From Felis catus (taxonomy: Eukaryota), in assembly GCF_018350175.1 (NCBI RefSeq), contig NC_058377.1, positions 98,704,001 through 98,768,000 on the forward strand: DNA of 64,000 nucleotides. Reading direction: 5' to 3'. The notes beneath the pieces were generated by a model. The model was not told where the DNA came from and made no database searches. It saw only the letters and a program-made list of their open reading frames with translations. Positions within the stretch are counted from its first letter, which is position 1. The number at the start of each line of letters is the position of its first letter. The position numbers and the translations under genes are program-made. This document shows, piece after piece, positions 37,133 through 64,000 of the stretch.

Positions 37133-38149
37133 CCCCCTCACCTCCTTCAGCAGAGTTTTATATAAAGCTAGTGTTTTCTAGCTGCCGGCCTGCGTCTTTC
37201 TCTTTGGGTTGCCTGACGGAGTCTAGTCTATTCTGAGAAGCAGGTCGGGGATTTCCCTTCCTGTTTATGGACCACCACATTGTTTCCCAAGACCGTAAGG
37301 TAAACCTGTTCTAGATTTAAGAGCTTTTTACTGCCTTCCGGTAGAGCATGTTCTACCTCCTTCACCAGGAACTGCTCAGGGTGCTTGTTCTTTAAACACA
37401 ACGGAAGTGACCCCACCCAGTGAGGTAGTCAGGGAGCTGGCAGCAGGACTGCCCTGCCCGGGTGCTTAGTGCTGGCATCATTTCTCCCCCCCGAGCTCCC
37501 TGAGGGACAGGCACTTTCATCTAGAACTAGACGGAATGATTGGAGGGTTAAAATGCCAGAGGCTGAGCTCAGCTCATAGTTCCCTCTAACTCAGGCTGTA
37601 GGTGGTTTTGGCAAACTTTTTCACCATCTAGGGGCTGTGAAGTTGGTTTTCTTTCTGTGCTGATAGACACCAGACTCACTGGAGGCAGCTAGGGCCAGAT
37701 CTGAACCCTTCTGTGGGCTTGGGCCACCCAAGAAAGAGTCTGCTCACAGACTCACATCCTGATGTGCATAGACCATAAACCAGCACCCTGGGTGCTGGGA
37801 TACAGCTGTGAGCAAGACTGAGGCGATGCCTTTTACAGATGGGCATCGGGGACAGTGTCCGCAAGGAATAATAATGGTTAAATAAACACTCCACCCTGAT
37901 TGTGGGCCAGTTCTTTGAGTTTATATGATCCTCGTGGCAACCTGTGCGGTCGGTAGTGGTAGCATTCTGGTCTTACAAGTGAGGAAGCAGCTTTAAGTGT
38001 CCTACTCAAGGTGGCACGGCTGCTAGGCTGCAGAGCTGAGACTCGGACCCTCCTGGCCCAGTGCTGGAGTAAGGCTGTTAACCCTGGCACTGCTGTGATC
38101 TGGCGGATGGGAGGGTGCGAGAGAGAGTGGGGGTGTGGGGGGCTGTGTG

Positions 38150-39000
38150 TGTGAAAAAGCCCTGGAGTGAGAGTCCGGTGATGTGAACAACAGACGAGTG
38201 TGGCTGCAGCAGAGAGGGCAGGGGGCAGGGCCAGGTCACACAGGCCTTGCTTTAGGAGTTGGGACTTTATTCTCAAAACACTGAGAAGCTCTTGGAAGCG
38301 TTTTGAGGAGGGGAATGACGTGACTAGATTTATGTTTAAAGAGACCGCTGGAGGAACGGATCGGCTGGCAAGGTGTGGTTGTAGGGAAATCAGGAGGCAG
38401 CCGAGGTGGCGGGGAATGGGGTGGTAGCAGTAGAAATGCAGAGAAATGGAATTATTTATCTGACACATACGTGTGCACTTTATGTATGCTGGTTAGGGAT
38501 GTAGTGTAGAAAGGGCCTGCTCTCAGGGTTACATCCTGAGGAGCACGGCGGACCACAAATACATCCCACGTGATAGTAAATGCAGTGAAAAAAAGTCACG
38601 CGGGAGGAGAGGTTACAATGGGGAATGTGATTTTACGGAGGGTGGTCAGGGAAGGCTTCTAATAACACGAACAGGAGCAGAAGCCTGAACTGCGGAGAGG
38701 CGTGAGCGAGCTTGATGTCTGTAGAAGGAGCTGGGTTCCAGGCAGAGGGAACCGTACTGGCAAGGCCCAGTGGGTTCCAGCAAGAGCAAGGAGCAGAGTG
38801 GCCCAGGCAGAGGATGGAAAGGGGTGAGGGCAGGCTGGGGACTGTAGGCCGTGGTGAGGACTTTGGGCAGATACGTTGCCAGAGAGGGAGAAGGGACAGA
38901 ATTCACGAACCGAGGGGAGAAGGGAGAGCTGACGCCCCGTTTCTGAGTTAGTATGCTGAGTGGCCCTGGGATGGGAACGAGACAGGATTTTGGTTGGGGA
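38150..39000. mobile_element. Degenerate L2 fragments (bounds approximate)
   Basis: L2-like motifs such as GGACTTTATTCT, GATTTATGTTT and GTTCCAGGCAGAGGGAAC. Confidence 0.5.
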
Positions 39001-40539
39001 GGCACCAGGTCTAAAGCGCCTGCAGTAGAGCTCACAAACCAGCTGCCAGAAGTCGGCAGAGTCGGGGGAGGAAAGTCTGCCGTAGAGGGAATCACAGCAG
39101 CCTAGTGACAAGGTGGGCATGGAAGCTGTGGGAGTAGCGGGAGCAGAGGGGAGAGGCGCCGCCCTCCAGGTTCACTTGCAGGAGAAAGGCTCTGCAGGGG
39201 ACATGAAGTCTGCATCCAACCAGATAGAAAACCCTGCAGGTTTTGTGTCAGCAGAAGTGGAGAGAAAAGCATTTCACGAAAAAAGTGAGTAAGAATGTCC
39301 ACTGCTGTGGAGGGGGTTGAGGTTTGCGAGGTCACTGAGGAGCTGAGTGAGGGCAGTGGGAAACCACAGTGGGTTGTTTAGGTGGCAAGAGAGGCAGGAA
39401 GAACTTATATTCTTGTTCCGTTCTTCTGTCCTGCAGAATAGGTGTTGTGACCTGTGTCACAGCTGAGGAGAACTAGGGGTTGGAGAGGGTAAGTAGCTGG
39501 CCGACATCACACAATCCGTGAACAGCAGAGAGCCAGGATCGAAACGTTGAGTGTTCTCTGGCTTCCCAGCACTTGACAACAACATCACAGGCAGCCCCGT
39601 GTCTCCTGCTTTGCCACTGGCATTTACCCAGCACCTGCCCAATCTGAATAAGTTCTTGATAAAGCCGCATTCTGAAATTATCCATGGGGAGTGAGGATAG
39701 CAGGAAATCGAGGCAATCTGTGGAGGGAAAGATCACACGGTCCAAGGGCTTGAAAAGTAGCAGCTAATATTTTAGTTTTGAGTCAGCCAACTCTTTCTTG
39801 GAGCCTGAGTGAGGCTTGGTAGTCCTATTTTCCAGCTCCTGCTTCAGGCAGGGTCATGCCAATTCAGGTGACTGCTTAACAGTCAGTGTCTGCCCAGTGT
39901 TTTTAGGTATTCTGGGGACCTTCTCATCACTCGATACCAACCTGTGCAGGGAAGGACATACTCATCGCTTCGTAGTGGACTATGTGGGCAAATTGGGCAT
40001 GGTTTGGGTTGCTGGAGAGGCCTGTCACCCCACACCCCTGGGATGCTTAGGCCAAAACCTGGGATGCTCACACCCCCTACCTACATCCCCCACACAGATG
40101 GAGAACTTTTCTCTCCATGAAGCCTGTCTCTAGTGATGCAGAGCAGCGTCAGATCAAAGGCAATACATCCAAAGGTACGTGATGTGGGAACCTCTGCTCT
40201 GCCAACACTTGTGGTTAAGAGGAGAGTGGGCATCAGAGAGCTCTGTCTGAGCTCCCATGTTACACATGAGGAAACAGAGGCCTCGAGACAAGTCATTTGT
40301 CAAGGCCTGAGACCAGTTTGCAGCAGAACAAGGACAGGGCCCTGGTCTAATCCTTAATTTAGTGCTCTTCCAGTTAAAATGCAGTGACTACTTGAAAAGA
40401 TTGATCACTGGAATAATGCTCGTTAGGGAAATCTTTTCCCCTGATGTCAAAATAATTCTTGGTAATCCTAATGGTGACATCTCTTTATTCCCTACTTCTT
40501 TCCTCCATTTCCAGATAAAGTCACTTTTTAAAAAATAAT

Positions 40540-40703
40540 CTTTTTAAAAAATATTTATTTATTCTGAGAGAGAGAATCCCAAGCAGGCTCCGCACTGTCA
40601 GTGCAGAGCCTGATGTGAGGCTCGAACCCGTGAACTGTGAGATCATGACCCAAGCCGAAATCAAGAGTAAGATGCCCAACCAACTGAGCCACCCAGGCAC
40701 CCC
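40540..40703 (-). mobile_element. CanSINE
   Basis: TSD AGATAAAGTCACTT. Confidence 0.85.
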
Positions 40704-41611
40704 TAGATAAAGTCACTTAACAGTTTGGTGTATATAGTGCTGAATTTGAATGCTGCTTCTAGCCAGGTGGGCAAAGGTGCTACAAAAATGTTGCTTGGGC
40801 GCCTTACACATGGATGCAAGCTTAACTGAGTGGGGTCTATAGCTATAGATGCTGAACCAAAATCAAAGGTGCAGGAGATAAAGGATCTTTTATCCCCATT
40901 TGCAACTTGAATAGTATGAGAAAATCTTACAGTAGAATAACATTTGAGTCCTGTTTAGGGACCTGCAAACCATGCAAAGCATCACGTACTGTAAAGAGTT
41001 CCATCTCTAGACAGATTCACGTGTGGCTTGTGGCTCTGCTCTTGACTAACTGCATAAACTCAGACAAAGTACTTGACTTTTCTGTGCCTCAGTTTCCTCA
41101 TCCCTAAAACGGGGATACTTATGGTACCTACCTCATCAGTACTATGTACCTGGCACATGGTGAGCAGTTAATAAATTATAGCTGGTTAGTAGTATTGTAA
41201 TCAGCCTTCCTAGGTTGGAAGACGAGATTAAAGTGCTTGCATGTTTCCCTTAGGTGTTGTTTCTTTGGGGCAGGTCAGCATCACTCACAGTAGTTCTGTA
41301 CTTTAGGTGCATGTTCAGTGGGTGTGCTTCATAGAACAGTGAGGCTGTACTCTAGCAGAATGTCAAGGGATAAAGGTCATGTGAGGTGAAGAACAGTGGT
41401 CTTGAGAGGCAGGGGTTCTGGCTCATCACCAACCCTACAACCTTGATCAATTAGCTTGCCACCTGGGAGACTCCCTTTCCTTACAGTAACCTGGGGAAAT
41501 TGGACCAGATCAGTGCTTCTCAATCTCGGCTCCAACATTGAGCCCTTTTGCTAGCTTCTTCTATGGACCCAAATTTTAAAGGCTTTTCATTAAATAGAAA
41601 TTGACTTATTT

Positions 41612-41827
41612 TTAAATTTATTTTTTTTCAACGTTTATTTATTTTTGGGACAGAGACAGAGCATGAACAGGGGAGGGTCAGAGAGAGAGGGAGACACAGA
41701 ATCCGAAACAGGCTCCAGGCTCTGAGCCATCAGCCCAGAGCCTGACGCGGGGCTCGAACTCACGGACCGCGAGATCGTGACCTGGCTGAAGTCGGACGCT
41801 TAACCGACTGCGCCACCCAGGCGCCCC
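41612..41827 (-). mobile_element. Young CanSINE
   Basis: CpGs retained; TSD AGAAATTGACTTATTTTT. Confidence 0.9.
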
Positions 41828-43239
41828 AAGAAATTGACTTATTTTTAAACACTGATCAGATTGAGGGGGAAAAAAAAAACAAGGCAATTCGCCACCTCAA
41901 AAGACATAATTTCAGCCAAAAAGGAAAAAATATATATATTTTTGTCTTAAGGTAAATTTACAATTTTTGAGGGTTTAAAAAAAAATACACAAAGGCCAAG
42001 GTCACCCTGTAGTATATGCCCAGAGCCCTAGGCTTCAAAACATCTGGATTTAATGATATCTGACCTTCTTTCCAGCTCTGAAACTCTCTGTCTTGAAACA
42101 TAATTTTACTGTTTTCAGTGATTACAGAGCTTCACTTTACAACATAGCATTGGCCTTGCCCGTGATTCTGTTTGACGCCAGCTTGTGAGAAACGCAACCC
42201 CTCATCATCGCTTTGTGCTTAGAGGGAAACACGATCCCCTTTACATGTGCAGCCATGTGCTTGGGGTGAGAAGCAAGAAGGACCTTCAGTTTCATGGTAC
42301 CCGGGGAGCTGGTAGTGAACCCTGAAGCCTAAGGATGTGCTGGGTCTTTCGGTGCTCACCCGTGGTGGTGCCACCCTGGTCTGGCAGAACTCTCGGATCC
42401 TTCCAGAGCTACTTTCCCAGAGGGGATTCTCTCGCTCGATCATCTCTGTAAAATGGAAGGGGTAAGTGTGGTCTTCTCTCACCCAAGAAAACAGAGGCTG
42501 CTCTACTGGAACCTACTTAATAATACCAGCCTCCACTTACTAAAGAATTAAGTTGACTTGTCATTGTGAAAATTTTGAAACACAAAAAGTTTAAAAGTTT
42601 ACAAGAATGATGTACCCAATCCCCTCACCACCCAGATTTAATGATTGCTAACATCTTGCCATGATTGTTTAATCTGTCGTAAGTTCTTCTGTATAACTGT
42701 AAGTCATAGGGATTGGAAGGATATAAACACGTGTCCATATAACACTTACAAATTAGTAACTCTTTCATATCATTGAATACCTAATCTATATTATTATTGT
42801 TTGTCCAAGGAAAAGTCATTTTACAGTTCTTTGGTTCAAAAGTCTAAACCAGTCATGGTCCCTCTATTCCTTTTGTGCATTTGGGTGTTAGGTCTCTCCT
42901 TGGCTTCTATTATCCTGAACAGTCTCTCCAACCCACCCTATTTATTTCCGTGTCATGAATTTGTCAGAGAAACTGGAGCCATTTGTCCTGGTGAACGTTC
43001 GTCATTCCTTGTGGTACTGGATACCACAAGGTACTCCTTTTTATCACCTATATTTCCTATAAACTAGTAATTAAAGCTAGAGGTTCGTTTAATTCAGTTT
43101 CACTATTTTAGGAAGAGCCCTTCACAGGCAGCGTCATGTATTATTTCCTGTACCATCATGTATAACAGTGGCATTTATTGGGCGCTTCCTTTGTGGCAAG
43201 CACTGTAATGCTTCACAAACATTATGATGTGCTTTGAAG

Positions 43240-44893
43240 GGGTAGCTTAGTATCTACTTCACAGTGATAAACTTAACTCTGACTCCAGCTAGATCAGAGG
43301 GAGACAAGGGGTGTATGGAATCCAAAGAATTGCAGCAATCCAAAGATCACAAGCTCTGAGAGCTGGGGGTGGTTTTGCAGGGACAAAAGGAATGGTGTAG
43401 ATCAGATCAAACACAAAACCAAATTTATCAGAATGGCCTAGAGTCTTCTTGCTGGTCTTGTCATTCCTGGACCCAAAGCTCCCATGGCCTTCGTAGTATT
43501 CATGCTGTCTCTCTCCTCGCCAAAGAGCCCATGCCTGCCATTCCAACCCATCAATCTTAATCATGCAGATGACAAACTGGGGGCCATTTTGGTTGGGTCC
43601 AGCATTTGCCATGACAAGATGTCAGGACTGCTACTCTTCAAAATGAAGTTCATGTCCCGGCAGCTGGTTCCGGAGGGTGTGGGATCCTGCAGAGTGAATA
43701 TTTAAATCCCAAGGTTATGGCAAAACATCTGAAGTTCATTGCCAGGACTGTGATGGTACAGGAAGGAAACGTGGAAGGTGCATGCAGGACCCTAAACGGA
43801 ATTCTCACCATGGATGGGCTCATTGAGGACATTAAGCTACGGCGGTACTATGAAAAGCCTTGTCGCCGACAAAAGAGGGGAAGCTATGAAACCTGCTGGC
43901 GGATCCACAACATGGAAATGGCTCGCAGTAGCAACTTCTTGATGCCTGAAGAATCGGGCAGACCCATGGCAGGGCTGCTGAGGCCTGTGGATTGTAGGCC
44001 CTCTATGAAAATCCCTCTCCAGCTGTCTCCTTCCTATCTCAACCCCATTTTTTTCTCCCCTTTCTTATAATAATAAACTCAATCACGTATATGCAAGAAA
44101 GCCTGCATGTATAGAAGCAATCCCATAGTTACCAATGGACCCTCTCTTTTATTAAGTGAAAGAGAAACTGAGTCAAANNNNNNNNNNNNNNNNNNNNNNN
44201 NNNNNNNNNNNNNNNNNNNNNNNNNNNNNNNNNNNNNNNNNNNNNNNNNNNNNNNNNNNNNNNNNNNNNNNNNNNNNNNNNNNNNNNNNNNNNNNNNNNN
44301 NNNNNNNNNNNNNNNNNNNNNNNNNNNNNNNNNNNNNNNNNNNNNNNNNNNNNNNNNNNNNNNNNNNNNNNNNNNNNNNNNTATTTAAGTAGTCTAGGAG
44401 AGGCGAGAAACTTTTCTAAAATATAGCGGAATAGATCTATGATTTCTTACCCAGTTCTTACGAAACCCAAACAAGACCTTATTATTGGAAAAGCACCTGC
44501 TACTCTTTACTGAACTGTCCCTCCCCACCAGCTGTTAGATAAAAGGAGAGGAAGCATGTATGTATTTGGAATAAATTTTGCTACTGGAACACCCATCAAA
44601 AAACAAAAACAAAAAACAAAATGAAGTTTTCATCAGCAAAGTTCTCCCTGCTAATTGGATTTGCCACTGGTACAGTGGTGTGTGAATTTGTCATCATGAC
44701 ACGTAAACCCAGGCATAAGTCTGGGAAAGCAGGAACCAAATCTAAGCAGAAAGCTTCAGTTATCTTCCCAGTGCTTAGAGAACCAAGGTTTTCTGCCTTG
44801 GAATATTGTCTGCAAAGAGCCTGAGGAAGATGTGACCCAAGGCTTGTCTGTTAATGGCCATGTCTGCACATGAGCAATCCATAGGTTGAGCAA
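43240..44893 (-). pseudogene. PPIA: Old processed pseudogene of cyclophilin A (PPIA), split in two by the MRPS21 retrocopy
   Basis: - strand 44893-44618 is a degenerate 5' half (...LFAD..AEN..LSTG..GSCF..PGF..GKS..ENF). 43650-43240 continues NFILK..MANAGPN.NG.QF.IC..FGSRN.KTSKK and a PPIA-like 3'UTR. Intronless and frameshifted; ends approximate. Confidence 0.85.
43651..44617 (+). pseudogene. MRPS21: Processed pseudogene of mitochondrial ribosomal protein S21
   Basis: [20 protein letters not shown]... from 43717; +1 frameshift near 43945 (parental stop 43979-43981); AATAAA at 44570, A-tail 44598-44617, TSD AAAATGAAGTT. Confidence 0.92.
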
Positions 44894-45297
44894 GTCTTCA
44901 AAGAGGCCAGTATGAGCTTTTCAGCAACAGGCTTGTGAGGCAAATATTGTTCTTACTCAGATTCTACAGCTGGTGAAACCCAGACTGGGCCTCCCGAACC
45001 AGCATTCCCTTCTATCGCTATAGTGCTTGTCTGTCCAGATTCTGCCAGCAAGGGGGCAAGGGGGCGGTCAGCAGGCCCCTAGCCCTGAACCCTTAGTGGA
45101 AGAGCTGCTATGTGTGCTGTGGTTTGTCCTCCTGGCCAAACACCCTCTCCTCTTGCCTTTTCTCTCTCTCCTGGTTGACTCAGCACTGGCCTCAGCTGAT
45201 CCTCGGAAGAAAAGAGGATCGCCTGTCTTGAACCAGGAAGGATGAAGCCACACCTGTCTTCTCTTCACTTCTCAAGAGCCCTTCCCTTAATATGTAA

Positions 45298-45513
45298 TTT
45301 TTTTTAATTTTTTTAACGTTTATTTATTTTTGAGACAGAGAGAGACAGAGCATGAACAGGGGAGGGTCGGAGAGAGGGAGACAGAATCCGAAAGAGGCTC
45401 CAGGCTCTGAGCTGTCAGCACAGAGCCCGACGCGGGGCTCAAACTCACGGACCGCGAAATCATGACCTGAGCCGAAGTCAGCCGCTTAACCGACTGAGCC
45501 ACCCAGGCGCCCC
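45298..45513 (-). mobile_element. Young CanSINE
   Basis: TSD AATATGTAATTTTT. Confidence 0.9.
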
Positions 45514-45584
45514 AATATGTAATTTTTTAAGAAATGAGTGAAGTAAGATCTTTTCAGTATTCCACTCAAAAAAAAAAAAAAAAG

Positions 45585-46220
45585 TAGGCTCAACATCCTT
45601 AGTCAACAGGGAATCCAAATTAAAGCCACAACGAGACACCTGCACCTCCATCAGGATGGATAATACGAAATGGATGGATAATATAGAGGGTTAGTGAGGA
45701 TCTGAACGACTGCAGCTCTCAGGCATTGCTGGTGGGAGTGCAAACTAGTACCCCCACTCAGGACAACTGTTTGTCATAGCGACTTGGGCAAAACCTATGC
45801 CTGCCTTATGACCCAGCAAATCTACTCTTGTGCATGGATGTTTACAGCCACACTATTCATTATAGCCAAAACAGGAAACTAATCCAAATGCCCGTCAACA
45901 GGTGAATGGATAAATAAAACGTGCTCTATTCATGCAGTGAGATGCTATGGCAGCTTCACTGATACACACAACATGGATGAATCTGAGAAGCCAGATACAT
46001 AGAGGTAAATGCTGTAGGTTTCCATTTCTGTTAATTTCAAAAATAGGCAAAACTGTTCTAGGGTGATGGTGGTTACAACAGTGACACTTAGGGACAGCAT
46101 GCAAGAAACTGGGGCTAAAAATGTTGATCTGGTGGTTACACGGGCACATGCATAAAAATGTGAGCTAAACACTTAGATTTTTTCTAACATTGCTGCATAT
46201 AAGTTAAACCTCTATTTAAA
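45585..46220 (+). mobile_element. Old L1M 3' fragment
   Basis: ORF2-end and 3'UTR motifs (TATGACCCAGCAA, AAATGCCCGTCAACAGGTGAATGGATAAA). Confidence 0.7.
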
Positions 46221-46554
46221 AAACAATCAACGGGTGCGTGGGTGGCTGAGTCGGTTAAGCTTCCGACTCTTGATTTNNNNNNNNNNNNNNNNNNNNNNNN
46301 NNNNNNNNNNNNNNNNNNNNNNNNNNNNNNNNNNNNNNNNNNNNNNNNNNNNNNNNNNNNNNNNNNNNNNNNNNNNNNNNNNNNNNNNNNNNNNNNNNNN
46401 NNNNNNNNNNNNGGAGTCCTGACCCCCAGCTCTGTGCCAACTGTCTTTCTGCTCTGCTTGGCACTGGGCCCTGCCCTGTGATCTTCCCAGACTCTACATG
46501 ATGGCAGTCTAGACCCAAACAGCCAGGCCTGAAGGATGGCAAGACAGGAACCTG

Positions 46555-46680
46555 TGCTCCCTGTGTTCCTGCTCTTTGTCCTTCTGTCCTCATAGATGCA
46601 GGACTAATATTTACCTTGTGGAATGCAAACAGAAAATGGGGGAGGGATGGGAGTGGGGCTGGGCGAGGGGCAGGGTAGGG
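46555..46680 (+). promoter_or_regulatory. Prothrombin liver enhancer
   Basis: HNF1-like ACTAATATTTACC at 46603-46615, upstream GTGTTCCTGCTCTTTGTCC and downstream G-rich Sp-like boxes; about 0.85 kb upstream of the ATG, as recalled for the human F2 enhancer. Confidence 0.65.
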
Positions 46681-47388
46681 CCAGCAGTCACTCTAGGCCT
46701 GGCCCACGACAGATAGGCAGGAGGAGAGGGAGGGGCCCTGCCGAGGAGTCCCAAGGATTTGGCCTGGTCCCTGTTCTGGGGCCAGCAGCCGGTCCTAGGA
46801 GGTGAGAGGAAACAAACCAGAGGCCCAAAGGCCCTGGACCTGGCTCCTCCTCCCAAGCAGCCACTACTGGTGGCCACACCTCCTCAGCTCCCAGGCAGGA
46901 AAGTGGTTGAAAGGCTGGGGCAAGGAGGGCAGCTCTCATCTGGCCACACCCTTGTCTCTGGTTTCATTTATCTGTGTGTTGTGATTACATAAACCTCCCA
47001 CGGGTTTATACATAATGCCTGCTGATTATTAAGCGCTTATTACATTTCATGGGCATTACATTCATAATTGCCGTTAGTCCTGTTCTCCTTGTACAGATGC
47101 AGACATTGAGGCTCATGGAGATTAAAGCAACCATCACCATGTGTGAGGATTGGAAGGAGCCTCAGGAAGATCTGGTGTGCCCACTAGCCCCAGGTGGCCC
47201 ATGTCTCCAGGAGGGAGGGGCTGGGCGATGGTGGGCACACTGACCTTTCCTTTGTGACTTCCTCTCAGACCATCTATCCCTGGTCCCAGGAGGGCCTGTC
47301 TTCCTGGATGGTGGGGGGTGGACTATCTCCACTAGTCCCATGGCCCTGACTTGGTGACCTCTCCCTCTTGGCTGATTTCTTCATGTTA

Positions 47389-47401
47389 GTTCAACATTAA
47401 C
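47389..47401. promoter_or_regulatory. HNF1-like site in the TATA-less F2 proximal promoter
   Basis: GTTCAACATTAAC versus consensus GTTAATNATTAAC, about 50 nt before the ATG. Confidence 0.5.
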
Positions 47402-47442
47402 CCAGAGGGGTCAGGACAAGCCCTCAGAGTTCCAGGAGCTGA

Positions 47443-63838
<16,396 letters not shown>

Positions 63839-63894
63839 GGGGCCGTTCACCTTCTAGGCTCCTCGCTGCAAAATCACAGAAACCAAGTCGGAGG

Positions 63895-63953
63895 AATTAT
63901 TTTTGTGCTTTGTTCCTAAAAGTATAGTTCTCAATAAAAGTGCCTGTCAACAA
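63895..63953 (+). terminator. F2 3'-end processing signal: upstream element (USE), AATAAA and CA cleavage site
   Basis: TATTTTT at 63898-63904, AATAAA at 63933-63938, CA at 63951-63952. Confidence 0.85.
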
Positions 63954-64000
63954 GCCTCAGCGCCCCCAGTGCCATTCGTGGGCAGCTCTGGAAGAGCCAG

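Overview
Mammalian genomic DNA, most likely a felid (abundant Felidae-type CanSINEs), from a draft assembly with four N gaps (277-455, 13580-13775, 44178-44381, 46277-46412). The window is the conserved block ATG13 (last 7 coding exons and 3'UTR, +), ARHGAP1 (-, last coding exon mostly in a gap), ZNF408 (+, head-to-head with ARHGAP1 on a shared CpG promoter) and F2/prothrombin (+, all 14 exons, 622 aa). I found no new multi-gene system. The most notable observations are: an MRPS21 retrocopy nested with clean target-site duplications (TSDs) inside an older PPIA retrocopy; an F2 3' end carrying A at the position equivalent to human G20210A; a promoter-like CpG island with a CTCF site in F2 intron 7; a GC-AG F2 intron; several lineage-specific prothrombin and ZNF408 substitutions at functional positions; and informative nested or duplicated retroelement structures. 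Exon coordinates were read by hand from splice signals and frame. All comparisons with human, bovine or mouse sequences are from memory and need alignment.
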